In this document: positions 52,247 to 62,422 of the stretch, piece after piece
How positions within the stretch are numbered: position 1 is the stretch's first letter
Layout of the letters: each line of letters starts with the position of its first letter
Source of the DNA: Blastocatellia bacterium
GTDB lineage: Bacteria > Acidobacteriota > Blastocatellia > UBA7656
Assembly: GCA_963765495.1 (NCBI GenBank)
Contig: CAVXWP010000007.1
Coordinates: 448,001-512,000 of the forward strand
Direction: 5' to 3'
DNA: 64,000 nucleotides
Notes under the pieces: generated by a model
Database searches by the model: none
The model's input: only the letters and a program-made list of their open reading frames with translations
What the model was told of the DNA's origin: nothing
Made by a program: the position numbers and the translations under genes

Positions 52247-53713
52247 TTAGAATGAGATGCTGTAACTCACGCCGGGATTTTTGCCCTGCGCCAGCAGGAA
52301 TGTGAATACGTGACGTTCCCTGAAATTATAGTTCAGCGTCGGGTGGACTTTCACTCCATCAAAAATAATCAGAGATGACAGATTGTTTGTCCAGTTCACA
52401 TTCACCCCGGCAATCGGAAGAAATCTATCTTCATAAGTGCCATAGGCAATTCCCACATAAGGCGAGATCGGCAATCTTACGGCATCAGACAAATTCTTAC
52501 TGACAGTGGCGTAGACGGTCCTGCCGTTCGGCGTGCCGATGCGGTCGGAGCTTGTGCCAAAGATCAGAGCCGGTCTCTTTTCGGTTTCGGTCACGGCCAC
52601 GAAATTTGCAAGCAGTCCTACATCACTTGCTCGCGGATTGTACTCCACACCTATCGAAAGGCGCGGATGGAGGCGATAGGTCAGGGTAGTTCTCAAACCG
52701 GCTCGCGGTATCTGGTTGCTAAGCGCCCTTATCCCGAATGTCCATCTGTCAGGGACTTCATTTTCAGCCCCGCTCACGGCGCGGCCCTCTCCCGGTCAGA
52801 GCGGTCAACTCGGAACGCTTGACGCTTTCCCTGACTTCTTTGTCATCGCGACGATTTGTTGCTCCGATTCCTTTTCAGATTCCGCAAGCAAACCGTCTAA
52901 CTGCTTTTTCAGATCGGCCACTTTGATGACTCCCTTGTAGGCCGCAATGATCTTGCCTTCACGACCGATGACGAGAGTGCCGGGCAAAGCGGAACCTAGC
53001 CCCAGCCGCTGCATGTCTTCGGCCGTCGCCCCAAGCCAGATCGGGAAATTGAGTTTGGCTTCTTTTATGAACTGCATTACTTTTTGTTTGTCTTCGGATT
53101 TGTCGGATGCCGCGCCGATTACCTGTACGCCCAACGCCGCATACTGATTTTGAATAGTTACGAGATCAGGCATCTCTTTACGGCAGGGAACACAGTAAGT
53201 AGCCCAGAAGTTCAGCACAACTATCCGCCCGCGATAGGCGCTCAGGTGTTGCTCGACTCCGAAGAGGTCTTTGAGCGTAAGCTCGGCATCGGTGCCGATG
53301 ACGTTCACCTCCGGTTCGGTTGCCGCAATTGGCTCTCGAAGCACAGCGAGCGTATCAACCTTGATGTAGTGCCTGTCCTTCTTCTTGCCCAGAGTGCCTG
53401 TAACCTCGATTCGCTTCCCAACGTAACCGAGCCAGTTTTTTTCAGGCCGTTTGAATTTGTCTGTTTGCAGTTCATAGAGTGTAAATCCGCCTTCGCTGTT
53501 TTCAACCGCGAGTAAAGTCGGGTCGCCATTTGCGACGCACTGCGCCGCCTGTTCCAGATCGGCGCGAGTGCCGTAGGGCACGGTCTTGCGATCCGCTTTC
53601 GCCCAGCAATCTTCGCAGCAGACTACCTCTCCTGTCAGTTTATCCGGCTGCCGTGCCGTCGCCTGAGAGAGCGAGGCAAGTATGAAGAAACCAATTAAAA
53701 ACATTCGATTCAT
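52247..53713 (-). CDS. candidate selenoprotein: signal peptide + Cys-rich domain + TlpA-type thioredoxin + U-P-L-U linker + outer-membrane beta-barrel-like domain (488 aa if both UGA are read through)
   Basis: ORFs 52805-53713 (FWATYCVPC) and 52247-52777 are in the same frame, joined by TGA-CCG-CTC-TGA; SECIS-like hairpin downstream; C-terminal GVSYSISF beta-signal. Confidence 0.7.
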
Positions 53714-53805
53714 TTGATAATCTCCTGAGTGAAAAGAGAATAATTCCAGCCATGTCTCAATTCGAGAGACAGGCAGTTTATCTGGCGTTACTCGTTTCGG
53801 GAGAT

Positions 53806-54177
53806 TTAAATGCGCAGAATGCACAAATGGTCGAGAGGGGGGTCTGAATATAAACGGGGTGCTCTTGTGCAGTGATAGTCAGTCGGGTTATCGCCCGGCT
53901 GATTGACGGCCTTCATCGGCGGCGCTTGATAGAAATGGCTGTCAATCTGTTTAGCTACGGACGAACGTTCCGGCATCAGGCTGCTCAGTGTGTGTGTGAT
54001 CGGGCAGCAATCGTCATAATCATAGCCGGTTACTGAGGTTATCGAATACGCGAGGCGCGTATGATGAGTTTCGGCGGTGTGCTCGCAGCAAAATATGACA
54101 CAAGCCACAAATATCCACGTGAAGCAAAGTGGCAGCATTAATGCGAGCAACTGTTTGGATGAGACTCGTGACAACAT
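53806..54177 (-). CDS. Cys/His-rich membrane-anchored leader-like protein (DUF2946-like)
   Basis: N-terminal hydrophobic segment, CCEH..HH, DDCCP, C-terminal RAP..LCILRI; upstream of the redoxin gene. Confidence 0.55.
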   Translation of the reverse strand: MLSRVSSKQLLALMLPLCFTWIFVACVIFCCEHTAETHHTRLAYSITSVTGYDYDDCCPITHTLSSLMPERSSVAKQIDSHFYQAPPMKAVNQPGDNPTDYHCTRAPRLYSDPPLDHLCILRI

Positions 54178-54670
54178 TGTGCTGAAAATATACCTCAATT
54201 GAATGCTTGCCTACAATCTCGGAGCGGATTCGATTGAGTTTGAAAGGGCAATGCAGCGGAGCCATTTAATACCAGACTTCTACAGGTCTTAACGAACCTT
54301 CTCAGACTCTTCACAAATTTTTGACACCATATTCAGTTGATGAGCGTTCTATTGTGTGAAGCATGGAGCAGAGCAGGTATCTTGAGCAGACATTGATGTC
54401 TCTTGCCTGATCGCGGAACTGATCTGAACAACATGCGCTCTTGATTGCGCGCAACAGTAATCAACCACCGATAGTCGTTTGCTATCTGTAAGGGATAAGT
54501 GCGCTCTGAATCCCGTGCCGAACATATAGTGCCCAAATCAACCGATGACGAGAGTAAAAGACATGCAGTACAAAACTTCAAACAGTCGAAAGATAATGTC
54601 GGTTGCGGTCGCAATCCTGTTAAGCATCCCGATCAATGCTTTTGGAGGCGACGGCAAGCGATAGATCAGA

Positions 54671-55165
54671 TTGCACAGTCGATCACAACAAGAGCTTGAT
54701 GGTGACGACGACGATGATGATGACGATGATACCTCGACCGTTACGGGTGAAACTGCTCCCGTCGTTGTATCTGCCCGCGTCGCTTCATCCGTAGCGACTA
54801 CAGGCCAGGACTTTTACGTTGCGATAATACTAAACGGCGACGCCGAAATCTCATCTGCCGTCATCTCGCTCAACTATGATCCGAATATATTTGACGTAAA
54901 AGGGGTGCGCGACGGCGGATTGTTCCGTGCGGGAGGAAATACGGAGCCTCGCATAATAGAACAAAGCGGAAGGCTGACTGTGACGCTTGAGCGGCAACCA
55001 GAGCAGGGAGGGGTGCGCGCGCGCGGCCAGTTGTTGCTCATAGTATTTACGCCAAAAGGCCGGGGGCAATCATCGTTGAGCCTCGACAGCCAGACGGTCC
55101 TGTATTCGAAGGATGGCCGAATGATTCTGGTTAAACTAGAAAACGCGACGGTTGAAGCAAGATAG
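54671..55165 (+). pseudogene. cohesin-like domain fragment (resembles the C-terminus of a larger secreted/secretin protein), no convincing start
   Basis: Poly-Asp linker, then GQDFYVAI, LNYDPNIFDV, GQLLLIVFTPKGRGQSSL; no signal peptide or RBS. Confidence 0.5.
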
Positions 55166-55225
55166 AATCATCAACCCGGTGGTTCAATCGAGATGCTCTA
55201 CACTCTAATTGATAGTCGAGCTAAA

Positions 55226-55320
55226 CGTGATGTGTGATAGGCAATGCGCGATGCGCGATGCGAGAAAGCTCTCTCTTTTAACAGAAAAGCTTCTTTCACG
55301 GATCACGCATCACGCACACA
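55226..55320. repeat. TGATGCG-family palindromic repeat
   Basis: cgtgatgtgtgat..cgcgatgcgcgatgcg ... tcacggatcacgcatcacgc. Confidence 0.7.
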
Positions 55321-55361
55321 GCACTTTCTCATTGCCGGTTGTTCTGATAAAAAGAACGGGT

Positions 55362-57740
55362 ATGTCGAAACCATTCCGCTTGATATTCTGGCTGGTTATT
55401 ATCTTTGGGCTGACCGTTACCGCCTGGGCGCAGATTCAAATCGGCACGGTAAAGGTTATAGTCACGGATTCAAGCGACGCGGTTTTGCCCAATGTCAGGA
55501 TCGTGCTTACCAATCCTGTTTCGGGTTATCAAACCCCTTCTTCGACCGATGAGCATGGCATCGCTACGTTGAATAACGTCCCGCTGGCGCGCTACATCTT
55601 GCGAGTAGAGACATCCGGGTTTCAAGTCTCGCAACAGAATGTCGCAGTTCGCTCAAACATACCCGTTACGGTTTATGTGACACTCGTGCCTGTCGGCGCG
55701 AGCGAGTCCGTCACCATTGGAGCAGGGAGAGATCTGGTTGAAAGGGGCGCGTTGACCACGGAGTCGGCGATAAGCAGCAGCCGAATCGAGCGCGTTCCAT
55801 CCATCACGGGCAGCCGCGACCTGCAACGATTGATTGCAACCACGCCGGGGTGGATGACGGAAAATAACGGTCTGCTTCACATACGCGGAGTTGATGACGG
55901 CATTCTGTATGTTATTGACGGCATCCCGACAGTCGACCGCCTCGACGCCGTTTCGGCGAGCGTGTTCGATACGGAGATGATCCAGTCTCTGAAGATAATA
56001 ACCGGCAATATCCCCGCCGAATTTGGCGGGCGCAGCGGCGCGGTTGTGATTATTCAACCAAAATCGGGTATCAACACGCCGATTGCGGGCGGCGTGAGCC
56101 TGGGCGGCGGAACTTTTCACGCGGGCGAAATCGCTTATTCGCTCGGCGGGAGCATAAACAGGAAACTGGGCTTTTTTATAAATAACTCGGCCAGCCGCTC
56201 CGACCGCTTTCTTGATCCCGTAGACTTTCGCAACTTCAATAATCGCGGCGGGACGTTCAAACTCAACCTGAGAGCCGACTGGCATCCTTTAACAAACGAC
56301 ACCCTGCTCTTCAACCTTTCGGTCAACGGGACAAACTTTCGTGTGCCGAATGATTTAGAGCAGGAACTGGCAGGGCAGCGCGAGCGGCAACAGCTTAGAG
56401 ATAACAGTCAATCTATAAGCTGGCAGCACGTATGGTCTGCGGCCACAGTAGGAGACTTCGCCTGTTTCCACAGGTTCTATCGCTCCAGGCTGACCGGCAG
56501 CCAGTTTGACATACCGATATTTGCAAATCAGGACCGCGAGCATACGCGTCAAGGGGTTATCGCCAGTCTGTCTCATTTCTCACACGGCCATATTTTAAAG
56601 GCTGGGTTTGAGGCTACGCGCACCTCGGTTCGTGAATTCTTCACCTTTGCGATTACTGACCGGGATGCGGCCGAAGAGCGAGAAGTCAGCGAGCCAGTCC
56701 GGGCGTTTGACCCCGCCAATCCATTTATATTTCAGGATCGCAGAATCGGCGGATACCTGTCCGGCTATGTTCAAGACTCTTTTTCCGCGTTCAGGAATTT
56801 CACGATCAACGCCGGTTTGCGTTACGAGCATTCAAGTCTCCCTGTTGCAGACTACCAATTCAGCCCGCGCATCGGGGCCGCGTATTATATAGAGAGAATC
56901 AAAACGGCGATACGCGCTTCATTCAACCGGCTTTATATGCCGCCGCAAATCGAGAATCTGTTGTTATCGAATTCGGAAGCGGCTCGCCGCCTTTCACCTT
57001 TCGCCACCCCGCAGGCGGAAGGCGGAGCCGTGATCCGGCCTGAAAAAGTATCAGCCTGGGAAGTCGGTTTCTCGCAAGACATCCTTGGGATTTTTAGATT
57101 GGATATGGCTTACTGGTGGCGATCATTTCGCAATTTCGATGACCCGAATGCCTTCTTCAACACGACGATAATCTTTCCCAACAGCGTGGCCAGGGGAAAA
57201 GCGCGAGGGGTTGATGCGCGCGTTGATGTGCCTGAGCGAAAAGGGTGGTCGGGATATTTCAGCTACACAAACGCCCGCATTCTGCAAACAGGCCCGATAA
57301 ACGGCGGCCTGTTTCTGACCGATGATTTCGTAGAGATCGGACCGGGAACCGATTTTATCCCCGATCACGATCAACGAAACGTAGGCGCGTTCGGCATCAC
57401 CTATTACAATCACGCGACAGGATTATGGGCCTCGTTTTCAGGGCGCTATGAGAGCGGCGTCCCCCTCGAAGTCGAACCCGAACGGCTCGAAGAACTTAGT
57501 AACCTGCCCGGCTCGGACCTTGTTGATTTCACGCGCAGTCGTGTAAAGCCGTGGAAAGCGTTTGACCTTGCGGCGGGAATTGATCTGTTTCGCGATGAAC
57601 GGGTAACGGTCGGCTCGCAGTTTGTGATAGAGAACATAGCCAACGAAAAGTTTGTCTATAATTTTGGCAGCCCGTTTGAAGGAACGCATTTCGGTCATCC
57701 CCGACTCTGGGGAGGGCGATTGAAACTCACCTTTCACTGA
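55362..57740 (+). CDS. TonB-dependent receptor with N-terminal carboxypeptidase-regulatory-like domain
   Basis: Signal peptide, plug (LHIRG, YVIDGIP, PAEFGG), AGLRYE, FSPRIG, PEK..WEVG, terminal LKLTFH. Confidence 0.9.
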   Translation: MSKPFRLIFWLVIIFGLTVTAWAQIQIGTVKVIVTDSSDAVLPNVRIVLTNPVSGYQTPSSTDEHGIATLNNVPLARYILRVETSGFQVSQQNVAVRSNIPVTVYVTLVPVGASESVTIGAGRDLVERGALTTESAISSSRIERVPSITGSRDLQRLIATTPGWMTENNGLLHIRGVDDGILYVIDGIPTVDRLDAVSASVFDTEMIQSLKIITGNIPAEFGGRSGAVVIIQPKSGINTPIAGGVSLGGGTFHAGEIAYSLGGSINRKLGFFINNSASRSDRFLDPVDFRNFNNRGGTFKLNLRADWHPLTNDTLLFNLSVNGTNFRVPNDLEQELAGQRERQQLRDNSQSISWQHVWSAATVGDFACFHRFYRSRLTGSQFDIPIFANQDREHTRQGVIASLSHFSHGHILKAGFEATRTSVREFFTFAITDRDAAEEREVSEPVRAFDPANPFIFQDRRIGGYLSGYVQDSFSAFRNFTINAGLRYEHSSLPVADYQFSPRIGAAYYIERIKTAIRASFNRLYMPPQIENLLLSNSEAARRLSPFATPQAEGGAVIRPEKVSAWEVGFSQDILGIFRLDMAYWWRSFRNFDDPNAFFNTTIIFPNSVARGKARGVDARVDVPERKGWSGYFSYTNARILQTGPINGGLFLTDDFVEIGPGTDFIPDHDQRNVGAFGITYYNHATGLWASFSGRYESGVPLEVEPERLEELSNLPGSDLVDFTRSRVKPWKAFDLAAGIDLFRDERVTVGSQFVIENIANEKFVYNFGSPFEGTHFGHPRLWGGRLKLTFH

Positions 57741-57751
57741 GACTCTCCTGG

Positions 57752-57836
57752 TGCGCGATACGCGATGCGTGATTAACCGGGCTCACAAGTTGTCTTTTAC
57801 AGGCAAGCTACCTAAGAGCCACGCATCGCGCATCAC
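57752..57836. repeat. TGATGCG-family palindromic repeat
   Basis: gcgcgatacgcgatgcgtg ... cacgcatcgcgcatcac. Confidence 0.65.
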
Positions 57837-57977
57837 TTCGGTGATCTTCACATCTCGTCGCGTGCTGTGATAAATTCGAGGGTCTTCCGATAAGGGAGAG
57901 ATCGAAACCGAGGGGACAGGTTGTTTCAATCTGACTCTCTATTTCGATCACAGCCCGCGATGTTTTCTTGACGGCTT

Positions 57978-58253
57978 ATGATGGTGGCCAGACGTTTCAT
58001 AGTCAGGGGCAGAGTTCAGGGGGTGGGCTTTCGATACTTCGCCCTTCGCCGCGCGCGAGACCTTGCCCTGACAGGCACGGTGCGCAACCTGCCGGACGGC
58101 TCTGTCGAGGCTGTCGCCGAAGGTTCTCTGGATGCGATAGCAGGTTTTCGCGCGGAGCTTGAACATGGCCCTTCCTATTCGCACGTCACTTCGGTTGATG
58201 AGTTCGAGGCCCCACTTACCGGGCGCTATAAGGATTTCGATGTTGTTTATTGA
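57978..58253 (+). CDS. acyP: acylphosphatase
   Basis: GRVQGVGFR, GTVRNLPDGSVE. Confidence 0.92.
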   Translation: MMVARRFIVRGRVQGVGFRYFALRRARDLALTGTVRNLPDGSVEAVAEGSLDAIAGFRAELEHGPSYSHVTSVDEFEAPLTGRYKDFDVVY

Positions 58254-58311
58254 GCCTGACAATCGGCAACCGGATTGGGTATTCATCTTTAATTTTTAGG
58301 GGAGGAAATCT

Positions 58312-58830
58312 GTGGATAATCTGAAAAAAATGATTCGAACTGTGCCTGACTTTCCAAAGCCGGGCATACAGTTTTACGACATAACGACTCTGCTCAAGGA
58401 ACCATACGGATTGCGTACGACGATTGATCGGCTGACCGAATTCGTGGACCGCCCCATAGACACCGTTATTGGCATAGAAGCGCGAGGCTTTATCTTTGCG
58501 CCCGCGCTTGCATACAGGCTGGGGGCCGGTTTCGTGCCCGTTCGCAAACCGAAAAAACTGCCTGCCGCTACAGAGACCATCTCTTATGCGCTGGAATACG
58601 GGACCGACACGCTTGAGATACACCGCGACGCAATCGGGGCAGGCAACCGTGTGCTGATAGCCGACGATTTGCTCGCAACCGGAGGCACCGCCAAGGCTGT
58701 CGTTGATCTGGTGGAACGTCTTGGCGGCACGGTCGCGGGACTGGCCTTCGTCGTCGAATTGAACTTCCTGAAAGGGCGCGACCGCCTCTCCGGGTACAAG
58801 GTCTCGTCGCTGCTTCGGTATGAGGATTAG
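58312..58830 (+). CDS. apt: adenine phosphoribosyltransferase
   Basis: [34 protein letters not shown]. Confidence 0.97.
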   Translation: MDNLKKMIRTVPDFPKPGIQFYDITTLLKEPYGLRTTIDRLTEFVDRPIDTVIGIEARGFIFAPALAYRLGAGFVPVRKPKKLPAATETISYALEYGTDTLEIHRDAIGAGNRVLIADDLLATGGTAKAVVDLVERLGGTVAGLAFVVELNFLKGRDRLSGYKVSSLLRYED

Positions 58831-58877
58831 CAATTCCTGGACAGGCTGAAAGTTTATCTGATAAGTTAACATTCTGT

Positions 58878-58954
58878 GCTCCCGTAGCTCAGTTGCATAG
58901 AGCGCGCGCCTCCTAAGCGCGAGGCCGCTGGTTGGAATCCAGCCGGGAGCACCA
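58878..58954 (+). tRNA. tRNA-Arg (CCT), CCA encoded
   Basis: GCTCCCG/CGGGAGC acceptor stem, CGCGC-CTCCTAA-GCGCG anticodon arm; atypical D- and T-loops. Confidence 0.9.
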
Positions 58955-59094
58955 CTCATACTCAGGCTCAAGGCTATTTACACTGCGTCAAAATTGCAGA
59001 TGCCGGACTCTAGCAAACTGCTCTCTTACCAGGCACAAGAGCGCAACGAAACCGATTTGCGCGACTGTCGCTTGAATTCGGATGAGAGGCTGTC

Positions 59095-59559
59095 ATGAAA
59101 GAGACTACCTATGACAAGGGCAATATCAGTGAGTCAATACTATTGCAGGCATATTTGAAGGCTGGGTTTATCGTCTCAATTCCATTTGGCAGCGGCGCCC
59201 CTTACGATCTATTGGTGGATACCGGATCAACTGTTTTAAAGATACAGGTCAAAACAGGATGGTACAGAAAAGGATGCGTTATCTTTCGCGGTAATCGGAG
59301 AGTTAGAGAAGCGTTACCCTATAAAGCCAGGGCTTATGCCGAAAACGAAGTAGACTTTTTCGCGGTCTTTTATCCTCCTACGGAATCCATCTATGTGGTT
59401 CCGCGCGCCGTGTGTGCTAATGGCTTTGGCTGTCTCCGTCTCGAACCTGTCCTCAACGGCCAGCAAAAACTCATACGGTGGGCCAGCGATTTTACGTGGG
59501 AAAAACACCTCACGCAATTGCAGCAAGATAGAGGCTCTGCCGTGTCGATTTCAACGTAA
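59095..59559 (+). CDS. PD-(D/E)XK endonuclease (PDDEXK_5 / group I intron-associated type)
   Basis: KGNISE, PYDLLVD, KIQVKT, Y..NEVDFFAVF. Confidence 0.8.
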   Translation: MKETTYDKGNISESILLQAYLKAGFIVSIPFGSGAPYDLLVDTGSTVLKIQVKTGWYRKGCVIFRGNRRVREALPYKARAYAENEVDFFAVFYPPTESIYVVPRAVCANGFGCLRLEPVLNGQQKLIRWASDFTWEKHLTQLQQDRGSAVSIST

Positions 59560-59567
59560 GGATATAA

Positions 59568-59910
59568 ATGTCTGCCGATGAGATACTGAGCGAAGTCCGA
59601 CAGTTTCGCATGCTCGAGCAGGTGATGCAATGGGCCTTTGCCCGGGTGCCGCCCGCAGAACTTCAAACGGTCATCACTCAGGATGAATTCACGCACGATA
59701 TAGTACTCCGCCTGACGCCTGAACTCTTCCTGAATTTCGATGCCACATGACTTGGCGCAGTCAGGGCGGTCGCTCTCTACGATCACGCGCCGGAGGCGGA
59801 CGAATTGCTAAAGGATCGGCTTGACAAGGGGGTGGGTTCCTACTCCGACCCCCTTGCGCGAAGGCGATCAGATACTGGGGCATGCCGCGTGTCTTTACAA
59901 GGCTAAATAA
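59568..59910 (+). CDS. candidate small selenoprotein (FDAT-U-LGAV) with probable extra G in the run at 59828-59832
   Basis: The ORF continues past TGA 59748-59750; an fdhF-like SECIS hairpin follows; the extended ORF fills the gap to the next gene. Confidence 0.6.
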
Positions 59911-59925
59911 CTCAGAGGCTCTCAA

Positions 59926-61335
59926 ATGAAAAAGACAATCCTGTTTATCTTGATTTCATCTATGCTGCTTTCAGTTGCTGCTTTGTCTGCTCAAAAGCGA
60001 GCACAATCGCATGCTTCGCCAGACCAGTCAGGTGGCGCGCTCAATTCCGAGATTCAAAAGATAGTACGGGAAATATCGGCGGCAAACATCGAAGCCACGA
60101 TCAAGAAACTCGTAAGCTTTCACACCCGCCACACGCTCTCAGAGACCGAAAGCGACACTCGCGGAATAGGCGCGGCCCGCCGATGGATCAAGTCCGAGTT
60201 CGAGCGCTACAGTCGAGAATCGGGCGGACGTTTGCAGGTCGAGTTCGATGAATATACTCAGGAAGCGGGGGGGCAGATACCTGCTCCGACAAAGATCGTC
60301 AACGTAGTCGCAACGCTCCCGGGAGCGCAGGCGGAAGCGAAGGACAGACTTTATGTCGTCAGCGGGCATTATGATTCGCGGGCTTCCGAACTCAATGACA
60401 CGACGAGCGCCGCCCCCGGAGCCAATGATGACGCATCAGGCACAGCCGCCGTGATGGAGATGGCCCGCGTGATGTCCAAATACAAGTTCGACGCCACCCT
60501 GGTCTTTATGGCCGTCGCAGCCGAGGAACAGGGGCTCTACGGCTCGACGCACTGGGCCGAAACAGCAAAACAAAAAAACATGAACGTGGCCGGTATGATC
60601 ACAAACGACATCATAGGCAGTTCGCACGCCGAAGACGGACGCCGGGACAACACACACGTCCGGCTCTTTGCCGAAGGCGTGCCTCCGGTAAAAGAGATGT
60701 CGGGGGATCTTCGCTCGCTCGTCAGGACCGGCGGAGAAAACGACAGCCCGGCCCGAGAGCTTGCCCGCTACATAAAGGAGACGGGTGAGAAATATGTCTC
60801 CAACATGACTGTGAATATCATCTATCGCCGTGATCGCTATCTGCGCGGCGGCGATCATTCGCCTTTTCTCGACCGAGGTTATGCGGCGGTGCGGATGACC
60901 GAGCCTAACGAAGATTTCAGACATCAGCACCAGAACGTACGCAAAGAGAATGGAGTGCAATACGGCGACCTGCCTGAATTCGTAGACTTCGATTACATAG
61001 CGCAGGTGGCTCGAATCAACGCCTCGGCCCTTGCGAGTATGGCGCTTGCCCCCGCCTCCCCCGAAGATGTTCAGGTAGACACAAGGAGGCTTGAAAACGA
61101 CACTACGCTCAGCTGGGAGGCCAATAAAGAACCTGATCTTGCAGGTTACAAAATAGTGTGGCGCGAGACGACCGCACCTTTCTGGCAAAAGAGTATCTCT
61201 GTAGGAAATGTAGCCACATACAGTGTCAAAGGCGTATCGAAGGATAACTATCTGTTCGGCGTTCAGGCGGTTGATAAAGACGGCAACACAAGCGTAGCCG
61301 TTTACCCCCGCCCTTTTCGTCAACGAAGAAATTGA
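59926..61335 (+). CDS. M28 family metallopeptidase with C-terminal FN3-like domain
   Basis: Signal peptide, SGHYDS, GANDDASG, AEEQGL, GGDH. Confidence 0.92.
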   Translation: MKKTILFILISSMLLSVAALSAQKRAQSHASPDQSGGALNSEIQKIVREISAANIEATIKKLVSFHTRHTLSETESDTRGIGAARRWIKSEFERYSRESGGRLQVEFDEYTQEAGGQIPAPTKIVNVVATLPGAQAEAKDRLYVVSGHYDSRASELNDTTSAAPGANDDASGTAAVMEMARVMSKYKFDATLVFMAVAAEEQGLYGSTHWAETAKQKNMNVAGMITNDIIGSSHAEDGRRDNTHVRLFAEGVPPVKEMSGDLRSLVRTGGENDSPARELARYIKETGEKYVSNMTVNIIYRRDRYLRGGDHSPFLDRGYAAVRMTEPNEDFRHQHQNVRKENGVQYGDLPEFVDFDYIAQVARINASALASMALAPASPEDVQVDTRRLENDTTLSWEANKEPDLAGYKIVWRETTAPFWQKSISVGNVATYSVKGVSKDNYLFGVQAVDKDGNTSVAVYPRPFRQRRN

Positions 61336-61344
61336 GAAAGGAGA

Positions 61345-61433
61345 AGTGATGCGAGATTCGTGATTCGTGATCTGAAAGACAGATGCCTTTCAACAGGAAC
61401 CTGCAAATCTCACAAATCAGGAATCTCGCATCG
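61345..61433. repeat. TGATGCG-family palindromic repeat
   Basis: agtgatgcgagattcgtgatt ... aatcaggaatctcgcatcgct. Confidence 0.65.
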
Positions 61434-61440
61434 CTGAATT

Positions 61441-62196
61441 ATGGAGATTACTAAACAAGGTGAAGAAGTGCGCGCGCTGCTCGAATCGGAGCGCAATGGT
61501 ATGCTTTGCACGTTATCAAAGAAGTTTGCGGGGTGGCCTTTCGGTTCGATAGCCCCTTATGCACTGTCGCTTGCGATGGAGCCGCTCATCTTGATCAGCG
61601 ATATAGCCGAACACACAAGAAACCTCCGCCAGGATGCCCGCGCAAGCCTGCTTGTCCAGGACGCGGCTGCGATCAAAGATCCACAATCCGGCTCTCGCGT
61701 GACGCTCATGGGTTATGCCGTACCCGTAAGCCAGCCGTATCTTGAATCGGCCAGCCGCCTCTATCTGGAATCGTTTCCAAACTCGGCTTCTTATTTCGAG
61801 GCCCACGATTTTTCGCTCTTTCAAATCAGGGTTTCCCACATTCGCTACATCGGCGGATTCGGAGAGATTTACTGGCTCGAAGGCAGCGACGTGGCAGACC
61901 CGGCTGCTGTTGCCGCTCTCGACCCCGTTGCCACGCACGCGGCAGGCATCTGTAGTCATATGAATGAAGATCACGCCGATGCGCTCATCGCGTATGCTGC
62001 GGCGTTTGCAGGTGTAGAGGCCGAGCGCGCCGAGATGATACACGTAGACAGCCGTGGGTTTGATATGGTGGCCGTAAAAGAAGGAACACACAAACATATA
62101 CGGATTGATTTTGAATCAGCCGTCACGACTACCGATGAAGTTCGCGCGGCGATGGTCGATATGGTCCGGCGCGCTCGACAGATGCTCGCGCGGTAG
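61441..62196 (+). CDS. HugZ-like pyridoxamine 5'-phosphate oxidase-fold protein with DUF2470 domain
   Basis: GWPFGS, ISDIAEHTRNL, HDF, IGGFG, HMNEDH. Confidence 0.88.
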   Translation: MEITKQGEEVRALLESERNGMLCTLSKKFAGWPFGSIAPYALSLAMEPLILISDIAEHTRNLRQDARASLLVQDAAAIKDPQSGSRVTLMGYAVPVSQPYLESASRLYLESFPNSASYFEAHDFSLFQIRVSHIRYIGGFGEIYWLEGSDVADPAAVAALDPVATHAAGICSHMNEDHADALIAYAAAFAGVEAERAEMIHVDSRGFDMVAVKEGTHKHIRIDFESAVTTTDEVRAAMVDMVRRARQMLAR

Positions 62197-62321
62197 TCTG
62201 TAGAGATACAGGTGTGGTCGAAGTTTTATCTGCCACAGAGCCACAGAGATTCTTAATGATCTTTTCTCTGCGTCTTTGTGGCTGTGTGGCTAATTCGAAT
62301 TTTCACTTGAAGGGGCCAAAT

Positions 62322-62350
62322 TTGACATACCGGAATTTGGTCGGCATACT
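62322..62350 (+). promoter_or_regulatory. sigma70-type promoter
   Basis: TTGACA-17 nt-CATACT. Confidence 0.55.
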
Positions 62351-62422
62351 TAAGACTGACGGTTGGACGACTGAGAGTGTTAATCCTCCGAACTCGAAAC
62401 GAACAAATGGAGGGAAACACTA

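Noticed and set aside
59095-59559. Group I intron in tRNA-Arg carrying the endonuclease
   Set aside because: The tRNA is uninterrupted and the nuclease gene is free-standing downstream
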